Origin: Anaeromyxobacteraceae bacterium
GTDB lineage: Bacteria; Myxococcota; Myxococcia; Myxococcales; Anaeromyxobacteraceae
Assembly (NCBI GenBank): GCA_047602405.1
Contig: JASGHJ010000002.1
Span: 96,001 to 160,000 of the forward strand
Length of the DNA stretch: 64,000 nucleotides
Direction: 5' to 3'
Positions 29,138 through 40,706 of the stretch are shown in pieces. Within the stretch, counting starts at the first letter, position 1; every line of letters starts with the position of its first letter. Below the pieces are notes generated by a model. That model saw nothing but the letters and a program-made list of their open reading frames with translations. It ran no database searches and had not been told where the DNA came from. Both the position numbers and the translations under genes were made by a program.

Positions 29138-29524
29138 CTACGCGGAGAAGCTCGAGCCGCAGCCGCAGGTGCTCTTCGCGTTCGGGTTGATGAACTTGAA
29201 CCCGGCGCCCTGGAGGCCGACCACGTAGTCGATGGTGACGCCCTGCAGGTACATGGAGCTCATCGGGTCGACGAGGAGGGTGACGCCGTCCTGCGCGATG
29301 GTCATGTCGCCCTCGCGCGGGTCCTTCTCGAAGTCCATGGAGTACTGGAAGCCGGCGCAGCCGCCGCCCATCACGCCGATGCGGATGCCGTAGCCGCCGA
29401 GCCCTTCGCGCTCCATCGCGTCCTTGATCATCTCGACGGCCTTCGCCGTCAGGGCGACGGGCGCCTTGTCGAGGCCCAGGTCGGCGGGGGTCGCGGTGGC
29501 GGGGGCGGCGGTGGTGGCGTCCAT
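29138..29524 (-). CDS. A-type Fe-S carrier (HesB/IscA/ErpA family)
   Basis: GGGCAGFQY and NPNAKSTCGCGSSF. Confidence 0.95.
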   Translation of the reverse strand: MDATTAAPATATPADLGLDKAPVALTAKAVEMIKDAMEREGLGGYGIRIGVMGGGCAGFQYSMDFEKDPREGDMTIAQDGVTLLVDPMSSMYLQGVTIDYVVGLQGAGFKFINPNAKSTCGCGSSFSA

Positions 29525-29576
29525 GCGTTTCTCTCCAGGAGTTCCGGCGGTTCGCCGGGGTTCGTCGTGAACACGG

Positions 29577-29623
29577 AGCCTAACAGCGGCCCCCGGTCAG
29601 ATCAATGCGGACTCACGGAGTCC
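29577..29623 (-). promoter_or_regulatory. sigma70-like promoter with adjacent IscR/Rrf2-like palindrome
   Basis: TTGATC-N17-TAGGCT (29605-29577); GGACTC-N3-GAGTCC at 29609-29623. Confidence 0.55.
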
Positions 29624-29658
29624 AGATCGCCCCGGGAAAGCGGGACTCACGGTCCGGG

Positions 29659-30354
29659 TCACGCCCGCCCCGACAGGTGCCGCCCGCCGTCGACCGGGAG
29701 CACCGCCCCGGTGACGAACGGGGCCGTGGCGAGGAAGCGGACCGCCGCGGCGACGTCCCCGGCAGTGCCGGTCGCACCGAGCGGGATCCGGCGGGCGAGC
29801 GCGCGCCGCCGCGCGGGCGGGTACCGCTCCGGCCAGAGCACGGTCCCGGGCGCCACCGCGTTCACGCGGACCTTCGGGGCGAGCTCGAGGGCCAGGCACT
29901 CGGTCAGGCGCACGAGGGCCGCCTTCGACGCCGCGTAGGCCGCGAAGCCCTTCCAGGGTACGAGGCCGCCGCCGACGTCGGCGACGTTCACGATCGCGCC
30001 CCTGGCGCGGCGGAGCAGCGGCGCGAGCGCCCGCGCGAGGAGGAGCGGCGCCCGGGCGTTGAGGTCCATCTGCGCGTCGAAGCTCGCCGCGTCGATCGCC
30101 TCGAGCGGCTGCTCGTCGAAGCCGGCGGCGCTGTTCACGAGGAGGTCGAGCCGGTCGAAGCGCGCGCGGAACGCGGCGGCGAGCGCGCCGGGCCCGTCGG
30201 GCAGGGCGAGGTCGGCCGGCAGCGCGGCGGCGAAGCCCCGGGGACGGTGCGTCCGGTAGTGCGCCGCGACCGTCCAGCCGTCGCGCGCGAGGCCGCGGGC
30301 GATCGCCTCGCCCACGCGCACGCCCGCGCCGGTGACGAGCGCGACGCGCCTCAC
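29659..30354 (-). CDS. short-chain dehydrogenase/reductase (pteridine reductase-like)
   Basis: VTGAGVRVG, LLVNSA, YAASK, VNAVAPG, VDGG. Confidence 0.9.
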   Translation of the reverse strand: MRRVALVTGAGVRVGEAIARGLARDGWTVAAHYRTHRPRGFAAALPADLALPDGPGALAAAFRARFDRLDLLVNSAAGFDEQPLEAIDAASFDAQMDLNARAPLLLARALAPLLRRARGAIVNVADVGGGLVPWKGFAAYAASKAALVRLTECLALELAPKVRVNAVAPGTVLWPERYPPARRRALARRIPLGATGTAGDVAAAVRFLATAPFVTGAVLPVDGGRHLSGRA

Positions 30355-30923
30355 GCCTGCTCCCCGGCCGCGGGGCGAGAGGGCCTCCAGGGCGCCTCCG
30401 GCCGGCCGGCGCGGAGGTTCGCGACGCGGGCCGCGGTGAAGAGGTAGTCGGAGAGGCGGTTCAGGTACACGAGCACCTCGGGATCGACCGCGGCCTCGGC
30501 CGCGAGCGCGACCACCCGGCGCTCGGCCCGGCGGCAGACGCAGCGCGCGAGGTGCAGGGCCGCCGCGGCGGGCGTGCCGGCGGGGAGGACGAAGCTCGTG
30601 AGCGGGGGCAGCTCGCGGTCCCACGCGTCGATCGCGCCCTCGAGGCGGGCCGCCCAGGCCGGGTCGACCGGCGGCACCACGGCCCGGGCCTTCGCCTCGT
30701 GCGGCGTCGCGAGCTCGGCGCCGAGCGTGAAGAGCTCGGACTGCACGAGGCCGAGCTGGGCCTCGAGCTCGGGGTCGAGCGGGCCGGCCCGCACCACCCC
30801 CAGGGCGGCGTTGAGCTCGTCGACCTCGCCGTAGGCCTCGACCCGCGGGTCGAACTTCTTCACCCGGGGCCCGCCGAACAGGGCGGTCTCTCCGCGGTCG
30901 CCCGTCTTCGTGTAGATCTTCAC
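30351..30923 (-). CDS. pduO: ATP:cob(I)alamin adenosyltransferase, PduO type
   Basis: KIYTKTGDRGET, AYGEVDELN, CRRAER, YLNRLSDYLF. Confidence 0.95.
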   Translation of the reverse strand: MKIYTKTGDRGETALFGGPRVKKFDPRVEAYGEVDELNAALGVVRAGPLDPELEAQLGLVQSELFTLGAELATPHEAKARAVVPPVDPAWAARLEGAIDAWDRELPPLTSFVLPAGTPAAAALHLARCVCRRAERRVVALAAEAAVDPEVLVYLNRLSDYLFTAARVANLRAGRPEAPWRPSRPAAGEQA

Positions 30924-30986
30924 GGCCCGGTGCCTAACATCCCCACCGTCCGGGGACAACGCCCGGCAAAGGGTCGAGAGCCAGCC

Positions 30987-32348
30987 ATGTCCCAGCCTCC
31001 CGCGCCGCCCCAGGTCCCGTTCACCGCCGAGGCGCTCGCGCGCGTGGGCCGCGCCGCGGCCGCGCTGGCCTGGGCGGAGGGCATGACGGTGCTGAAGCCG
31101 GACGGCACGGTGGTGCCGATCCCGCTCCTCGCCGAGCCGGAGGTGATGCCGCGCGAGGAGCTCCTCGCGGCGGCCCGCGAGGCCGAGCTCATCCTCTCGG
31201 GAGCGGTGAAGCTCGCCCGCCACCTCGCCACCGGCGGCGACGACCGCGACCGGGCCGCGCTCGCCGAGCCCTTCTCCGGCCTGGAGGCCGAGGCGATGGC
31301 GGTCCTCTTCGCCCGCGCGCCGCTGACCGTGATGGTGGCCCGGGTCGACTTCCTCGTGCCGGAGACCGGCGGGGCGCCGCGCGCGCTCGAGCTCAACGCG
31401 ACCATCCCGGCGATGCCGGCGTACGCGGACCTCGCGACCTTCTCCTGGCTGCGGGCGGCCGCGCGCGAGCGCGGGCTGTCGCCGCGGCAGGAGGCCGACC
31501 TCGTCGCCCGCACCGGCAGCCACATGGAGCGGCTCCGCGAGGCGCTCGTCGCCTACTACCGGCAGCGGGGCGGCACCCGCGAGCGCCCGTCGATCGCCAT
31601 CGTGGCGCGCCCCGGCGACGCGCAGATCGGCGAGCTCCGCCGGCTCGCCGGGCACTTCCGGCAGATGGGCCACCGGGTCGAGAACCTCGTGCCGCTGGAC
31701 TGCGTGCCGGAGGACTGGGACGTCCTCTACCGGCACGTCTGGGCGAACCGCGTCGACCCCAACACGCCCTTCGCGCGCGCGCTCCGCGCGCCCGACCGCT
31801 ACGTGCTCGCGAACCCGGTGAACGGGCTGCTCGAGGCGAAGGCGCTCTTCGCGCGGCTCTCGGAGTGCGCGGAGGACCGCGGGCTCGCCGGCCGCGCCGG
31901 CCTCTCGGAGGACGAGCGCGGGGCCGCGGCGCGGCTCCCCTGGACCCGGCGGCTCGAGCCGTCCCTGCGCGCGAGGCTGCTCGAGGACCGCGCCGCCTTC
32001 GTGCTGAAGCGCAGCTGGGACTACGGCGGCAAGAGCGTGCACCTCGGCGCCGAGCTCGAGCCCGCGGCCTGGGCCCAGGCGGTGGACGCGGCGCTCGCCG
32101 ACCCGCGCGGCGGCGGGTTCGTGGCGCAGGAGCGGATCTTCGCGCGGCGCGGGCCCGCCACCCGCATCACGCCCGACGGCGCCCACCCGGGCGTCCTCTA
32201 CCGGGACCTCTCGACCTACTGCGGCCTCGGCCCGTCGCGGCCGGACGGCTCGGTCGTGCGCGCCGCGGCGTCGCCCATCGTGAACATCCTCGGCGGCGGC
32301 GGCCTCGCCGCGCTCGTGCCCGCGGACGTCCTCGCCGCCCTCGCGTGA
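30987..32348 (+). CDS. ATP-grasp ligase, glutathione synthetase/circularly permuted type-like
   Basis: RVDF...LELNAT, VLKRSWDYGGKSV, FVAQE, VNILGGGG. Confidence 0.65.
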   Translation: MSQPPAPPQVPFTAEALARVGRAAAALAWAEGMTVLKPDGTVVPIPLLAEPEVMPREELLAAAREAELILSGAVKLARHLATGGDDRDRAALAEPFSGLEAEAMAVLFARAPLTVMVARVDFLVPETGGAPRALELNATIPAMPAYADLATFSWLRAAARERGLSPRQEADLVARTGSHMERLREALVAYYRQRGGTRERPSIAIVARPGDAQIGELRRLAGHFRQMGHRVENLVPLDCVPEDWDVLYRHVWANRVDPNTPFARALRAPDRYVLANPVNGLLEAKALFARLSECAEDRGLAGRAGLSEDERGAAARLPWTRRLEPSLRARLLEDRAAFVLKRSWDYGGKSVHLGAELEPAAWAQAVDAALADPRGGGFVAQERIFARRGPATRITPDGAHPGVLYRDLSTYCGLGPSRPDGSVVRAAASPIVNILGGGGLAALVPADVLAALA

Positions 32349-33529
32349 TGTCCCCGCTCGACCGCCTCGGCCGCGCGGCCCTGCCTGCGGCCACGGCCGC
32401 CCTCGCGCTGCTCCTCGTCCTGCCGCGCGCCGACGCCCCCTTCAGCGGGCCGAAGCGCACCGCGCTCGTCGTCGCGGCGGCCCTCTCGCTCGCGCTCCTG
32501 CCCTGGACGCGCCGGCGCCCGGCCGCGCTCCTGGCCCTGCCGGTCGCCTCGGTCGCGCTCTCGGCGTTCCTCGGCCCGCACACGGCCCCGGCCGCCGCCT
32601 GGACCGCGCTCGGCGGCGCGGTGCTCGCCTTCGCGTGGACCGCGAGCGGGGTCTCCCGCGCGGCGGTCGTGCCGGCGGCGGCCGGGGCGGGGGCGATCGC
32701 GGCGCTCGTCGCGCTCGCGCAGTGGGCCGGGCTCGACCCGTTCGCCGCGTGGGCCCCGGCCGCCGGGGGCGCGCGCCTCGGGGTCTACGGCACGCTCGGC
32801 AACCCGGACTTCGTCGCCTCGGCGCTGGCGGTGCCGTTCGCGCTCGCGCTCGGGGAGGTGCCCGGCGCGCGGCGGCGCTGGCCGTGGGCCCTCGCCGCGG
32901 CGGCGATGGCGCTCGCGCTCGCGGCGACGCGCTCCTTCGCGACGGTCGTCGCGCTCGGGGCCGGCCTCGCCGCCGCGCTCCTCCACGGCGCGCTCCACGG
33001 CGGGCGGATCCCGCGGCGGGCCGCCGTCGCGCTCGCGGTGGGCGCGGTGCTCCTCGCGCTGCCGCTCGCGGGGCGCTCGGCCTCGGCGGCGGCGGGCGGG
33101 CGGATCTACCTCGTGCGCGTCGCGGCGCCCCACGCGCTCGCCGCACCCGCCGCCGGGCTCGGCCCGGGCGCGGTCGAGCGGCTCTGGCCGGCCTGGGAGC
33201 TCGAGCTCTGGAAGGACCGCTGCGGCGAGGACCGCGCCTGCGTCGAGGCCCACCGGGAGGGCGTGTTCACCGGCCGCCAGGATCACCTGCACGCCGACTG
33301 GCTGGAGCTCCTCGTGGAGCGGGGCGTGCCGGGGGTGGTCTCGCTCCTCGTGCTCCTCGGGGTGGGGCTCGCCGGCGCGGCGTCGCGCCCGGGGCCGCGA
33401 GACGCCGCCCTCGGCGGTGCCTTGACGGCCGTGGCGGCGCGGGCGAGCTTCGACTTCCCCATGGCGCGCCCCGCCGACCTCGTGCTGCTCGCGCTCGCCG
33501 TCGCCCTCGCCGTCGACCCGGAGGACTGA
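32348..33529 (+). CDS. O-antigen ligase-family membrane protein
   Basis: Multiple TMs; GTLGNPD, GLGPG and HLHADWLELLVERG motifs; TGATG coupling to the upstream gene. Confidence 0.8.
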   Translation: MSPLDRLGRAALPAATAALALLLVLPRADAPFSGPKRTALVVAAALSLALLPWTRRRPAALLALPVASVALSAFLGPHTAPAAAWTALGGAVLAFAWTASGVSRAAVVPAAAGAGAIAALVALAQWAGLDPFAAWAPAAGGARLGVYGTLGNPDFVASALAVPFALALGEVPGARRRWPWALAAAAMALALAATRSFATVVALGAGLAAALLHGALHGGRIPRRAAVALAVGAVLLALPLAGRSASAAAGGRIYLVRVAAPHALAAPAAGLGPGAVERLWPAWELELWKDRCGEDRACVEAHREGVFTGRQDHLHADWLELLVERGVPGVVSLLVLLGVGLAGAASRPGPRDAALGGALTAVAARASFDFPMARPADLVLLALAVALAVDPED

Positions 33530-34504
33530 ATGAACCGCCGGAACCTCGCGCTCCTCGCCGCCCTCGCCCTGCCGCTCGCGCTCGCCGCCGCGGCCGACGC
33601 CGTGCCCGCCTGGCAGGCGAAGCTCGACGCCTTCGAGAAGACCGGCGAGGCCGAGCGGAAGAAGCTCGGCCTCGACCGGAACCGCGACGCGCTCCGCCAG
33701 CGCTACCCGACGCCGGAGGTGACGTTCGGGGAGCCGCGCGTGCTCTGCCCCGGCGCGGTCGCCGACGTGAAGCTCGACGGGAAGATCCAGGAGGGCTCGC
33801 TGGTCGTCGCGCGCACCGACGCCGCCGAGGTGGCCTCCGGGGCGCGGACGAAGGACGGCGGGTGGGCGGGCAAGGTCCGGGCGGTCCCCGGGGCCGCGCC
33901 CGGCCCGGTGAACCTCGTGGTCGTCGCGCCGGTCTCGCTCATCGAGGGGTACGCGACCCCGGTCTTCGTCGGCTGCCGGTACACGTTCACGCTCGACGCC
34001 GGCGGCGACGCGCTCGTCGTCCACGCGGACCTCTCGGGAGACGACGCGCGCGGGGAGGGCGAGTGGCGCCGCGCCGGGAAGGTGCTCGGCAAGGTGCCGT
34101 ACCGCCTCTCGATCTCGGAGGGCTCGGTGTCGCTCCAGCAGGACCAGAGCCCCGAGGAGATGCAGGCCCAGGTCGGCGGCTTCACCGGGATGATGGAGTC
34201 GAAGGCGTGGAAGGACCTCGACGCGCGCACGAACGTCGAGATGAAGAAGATCGAGGCCTGCGCGAAGCTCCCGCCGGAGAAGATGGCGGCCTGCTTCGCG
34301 GCCCCGCAGAAGGCGCTCGAGAAGCTGAACGAGGAGCGCCAGAAGCTCGTCGCGGGCGCCGAGGTCGCGGGCGCGCCCGCGTTCGGCTGCCGCCAGCTCG
34401 CGCTCACCCTCCGCGGCGGGAAGGTCGAGGGCGACGCCGAGCAGTGCGCGGGCAAGCGCACGAACGACCGGGTCGCGGTGAAGGGGACCTACGCGTCGCC
34501 CTGA
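33530..34504 (+). CDS. exported hypothetical protein
   Basis: Signal peptide, GC3-biased codons, paired cysteines. Confidence 0.8.
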   Translation: MNRRNLALLAALALPLALAAAADAVPAWQAKLDAFEKTGEAERKKLGLDRNRDALRQRYPTPEVTFGEPRVLCPGAVADVKLDGKIQEGSLVVARTDAAEVASGARTKDGGWAGKVRAVPGAAPGPVNLVVVAPVSLIEGYATPVFVGCRYTFTLDAGGDALVVHADLSGDDARGEGEWRRAGKVLGKVPYRLSISEGSVSLQQDQSPEEMQAQVGGFTGMMESKAWKDLDARTNVEMKKIEACAKLPPEKMAACFAAPQKALEKLNEERQKLVAGAEVAGAPAFGCRQLALTLRGGKVEGDAEQCAGKRTNDRVAVKGTYASP

Positions 34505-34527
34505 GCTGCCGTGCCGCCCGTGGGCCG

Positions 34528-35274
34528 TCAGGGCGCCGCGAGCTCGGCGGGCGCGCCCTCGGACGGCCTGAAGTCGCGGATCGACGGCACCGAGGCGAGC
34601 ACCTGCTCCGGGCGGCCGCTGTGGTCGGTGTCGAGGTGGATGGCGAGCACACCCGGGAACGCGCGCGCGTAGAGGTTCACGTGCGCGGGCTCGTTGTCGA
34701 ACGCCGCGACGACCTCGCCCATCCGCTCGACCTCGAGGCACGCCTCCTCCTTCCAGGCGTCGTCGCCGAGCTCGGGATCCGGCTTCATGAGGAGCTCGAC
34801 GCGGTCGCCCGGGAGGGGGAACCCGTGGCGCGCGAGGCAATCCACCGTGCCCTCGCGCATGCCCCGGTGACGCCCGGTGACGTAGGCGATCCGCGCCCTC
34901 GCCCGGGCGAGCGCCGCCACGAAGGCGGGGGCCCCGGGGATCGGGACGTCGAGGCGGCAGTAGGCGCTCGTGAAGAAGCGCTCGCGCCAGAACGCCCGCA
35001 CCGGCCCGAGGTGTGCCTTCAGGCCCGCCGGGCCGAGGCCGGCGTTCGAGAGGGCGACGGCGAGGTCCCAGCCCTGCCAGTGCTCGGGCCGGGCGTCGAG
35101 GAGCGCCGGCACACCCGCGAGCGACGCGTAGTCCCGGACGATGCGGGCCTGGCGCGGGCGGTTGTCGAGGAGCGTGGAGTCGAGGTCGAAGACCACGACC
35201 GCCCCCGGCGTGCCACGGACGCGGGACAGCACCGCGGTGAGGAGGACGGCCTGATCGCCGGGTCGGGCGCGCAC
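34528..35274 (-). CDS. HAD-superfamily hydrolase
   Basis: VFDLDSTL, YVTGR, LMKP, FDNE. Confidence 0.85.
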   Translation of the reverse strand: MRARPGDQAVLLTAVLSRVRGTPGAVVVFDLDSTLLDNRPRQARIVRDYASLAGVPALLDARPEHWQGWDLAVALSNAGLGPAGLKAHLGPVRAFWRERFFTSAYCRLDVPIPGAPAFVAALARARARIAYVTGRHRGMREGTVDCLARHGFPLPGDRVELLMKPDPELGDDAWKEEACLEVERMGEVVAAFDNEPAHVNLYARAFPGVLAIHLDTDHSGRPEQVLASVPSIRDFRPSEGAPAELAAP

Positions 35275-35368
35275 CAGGGAGAGTTAGCGGCCGGGGGGCC
35301 GCCGCGCATCCTGGTATCGGCGCCGCCTCACCTTGGGACGGGCCGGGATTGCCTGTATCCTCCGGACC

Positions 35369-36337
35369 GTGGCGGAGGCGAAGCGCAAGATCCTCGTCGT
35401 CGACGACGCGAAGACCCAGGCCGACTGGCTCGTGGGGGTCCTCGAGCGCGAGGGCTACGACGTGCGCACGGCCGCGACCGGCGAGGACGCGATCAAGCAG
35501 GTGCGGCTCGATCCGCCGGACCTCGTGCTCCTCGACATGGTGCTGCCGGGCCTCGGCGGGCTCGAGGTGCTGCGCATCGTGAAGGCGCGCCCCGACGAGC
35601 ACTTCATCCCGGTGATCATCACCTCGCAGAAGACCGACACCGAGTCGAAGGTGAAGGGGCTGCGCATCGGGGCCGACGACTACGTCGCGAAGCCGCTCGA
35701 GGAGACCGAGATCCTGGCGCGCTGCAACGCGATGCTGCGCATCAAGACGCTCCAGGACCAGCTCCGCTCGAAGGAGAAGCTCCTCGAGGAGATGTCGGCG
35801 ACCGACGGCCTCACCCGCCTGAAGAACCGGCGCTTCTTCGACGAGCGGCTCTCCGAGGAGTTCCGGCGCGCCTCGCGCTACTCCGATCCGCTGTCGCTCA
35901 TCATGGTCGACCTCGACCACTTCAAGGAGATCAACGACCACTTCGGCCACCCGAACGGCGACGCCGTCCTCCGCGAGGCGGGCGACGTGATCCGCGCCTC
36001 CACCCGCGAGCCCGACATCTGCGCGCGGTACGGCGGCGAGGAGTTCGCGGTCATCCTGCCGAAGACGCACCTCACCGGCGCGCTCGCGGTGGCGGAGCGC
36101 ATCTGGAAGGAGCTCGGGTCGAAGGTCTACCGGCTGAAGCCGCCCGGCGGCGGCGACGCGATGGAGCGGCGGGTGACGGCCTCGCTCGGCGTCGCCGCGT
36201 TCCCGTACGTGGACATCACGAACGCCGAGCTCCTCCTGAAGTACGCCGACGCCGCGCTCTACCAGGCGAAGGAGTCGGGCCGGAACACCATCTGCCTCTA
36301 CCAGCGCCAGCCGTACCGGTACGACGCGGCCCGGTAG
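35369..36337 (+). CDS. response-regulator diguanylate cyclase (REC-GGDEF)
   Basis: ILVVDD, LLDM and KP receiver motifs; DLDHFK; RxxD I-site (REPD) followed by YGGEEF. Confidence 0.95.
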   Translation: MAEAKRKILVVDDAKTQADWLVGVLEREGYDVRTAATGEDAIKQVRLDPPDLVLLDMVLPGLGGLEVLRIVKARPDEHFIPVIITSQKTDTESKVKGLRIGADDYVAKPLEETEILARCNAMLRIKTLQDQLRSKEKLLEEMSATDGLTRLKNRRFFDERLSEEFRRASRYSDPLSLIMVDLDHFKEINDHFGHPNGDAVLREAGDVIRASTREPDICARYGGEEFAVILPKTHLTGALAVAERIWKELGSKVYRLKPPGGGDAMERRVTASLGVAAFPYVDITNAELLLKYADAALYQAKESGRNTICLYQRQPYRYDAAR

Positions 36338-36611
36338 CTTGGGGGGCGAGGTCGTATCCCGACCCACCCCGGCGCCGCCCTGCCGGTGGGTCCTCGCGGC
36401 CGGTCGATCCGCGTAACCCCGTGTGAAGACGGGCCTGGTGCGATCTCGACGGTGGGTTTCGGACCCGCGGAGAGGCCTCCGGCACTCGTCAGGTTGAGTG
36501 GACCCAGGGTGCAGGGGTACCCTGGGGCCCAGGCTCCCAAAGCTCCGGAAACACAGGACCCCGGGTGCAGGGAGCCATGGATCGGGCCGTGCACCCGCCG
36601 GAGGCGCCAAG

Positions 36612-38210
<1,599 letters not shown>

Positions 38211-38240
38211 CGCCGCCGCACCGAGAAGCGAGGAGACACC

Positions 38241-39701
<1,461 letters not shown>

Positions 39702-39899
39702 GGCTCGCACCCGTTCGCCCGAGCCCGTCGGAGGGCGGAGGCACGGTTCCCCGGGGAGGGGTGCCACGCGGCCCGTTCCGGCCCACGCCGGGGCGGGCCG
39801 TCCTGCGTCCGCCGCCCGGCGGGGCTGCACCCCGGGTGAGGCGTCGCGCCCCGGTGTCGGGCGCGTCCCGGCGCGCTAGAGTGGGCCGAGGGGCCCGCC

Positions 39900-40706
39900 A
39901 TGCCTGCCACGTCGATCCTCGAGCGCCTTGCGGTCCGCGTGGTGGGCGAGGGCCCGCGCGTGGTCGTCCTCGCCCACGGCTTCGGGTCCACCCAGACGGC
40001 CTGGGACGGCCAGGTCGCGGCCCTCGCGCCGCGCTGCCGCCTCGTCCTCTTCGATCACCTCGGGTGCGGCAAGGCCGCGGACGGCTACGACCCGGACCGC
40101 TACGACGCCCTCGACGCGTACGCCCGGGACCTGCTCGCGATCCACGCCGCGCTCGGCCTCGAGTGGGACGTCTACGTCGGTCACTCCGCCGCGGGGATGA
40201 TCGGCGTGCTCGCGTCGCTCGCGCGGCCGGACCTGTTCGATCGCCTGGTCCTCCTCGGGGCGTCGCCGCGCTACCTCGACGACACGGGGTACGTGGGGGG
40301 CTTCACCCGCGGCGACCTCGACGCCCTCTACCGGGCGATGGCGCGCGACTACCTCGGCTGGGCGAACGGGTTCGGTCCGGTCGCCATGGGCAACCCCGGC
40401 CGCCCCAGCCTGGGCGCCGCGTTCGCGCAGTCGCTGGGCGGGATGCGGCCCGACGTGGCGCAGTCGGTGGCGCGCGCGATCTTCGAGTCGGACTTCAGGA
40501 GCCGCCTCGGCGAGGTGCAGGTGCCGACGCTCGTGCTCCAGTCGAGGAACGACGTGGCGGTGCCGATGGAGGTGGGGACGTACCTCGCGCGCCACATCCC
40601 GCGCAGCCGGCTGCGGGTCCTGGACGCGGAGGGGCACTTCCCGCACGTGAGCGCGCCCGAGCAGGTGAACGGGGCGCTCGTCGAGGAGCTCGCGCTTGTC
40701 GCCTGA
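39900..40706 (+). CDS. RsbQ/KAI2/D14-like alpha/beta hydrolase
   Basis: LAHGFGSTQ..W, VGHS nucleophile elbow, ASPRYL.D..Y.GGF, EGHFPHVSAP. Confidence 0.9.
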   Translation: MPATSILERLAVRVVGEGPRVVVLAHGFGSTQTAWDGQVAALAPRCRLVLFDHLGCGKAADGYDPDRYDALDAYARDLLAIHAALGLEWDVYVGHSAAGMIGVLASLARPDLFDRLVLLGASPRYLDDTGYVGGFTRGDLDALYRAMARDYLGWANGFGPVAMGNPGRPSLGAAFAQSLGGMRPDVAQSVARAIFESDFRSRLGEVQVPTLVLQSRNDVAVPMEVGTYLARHIPRSRLRVLDAEGHFPHVSAPEQVNGALVEELALVA

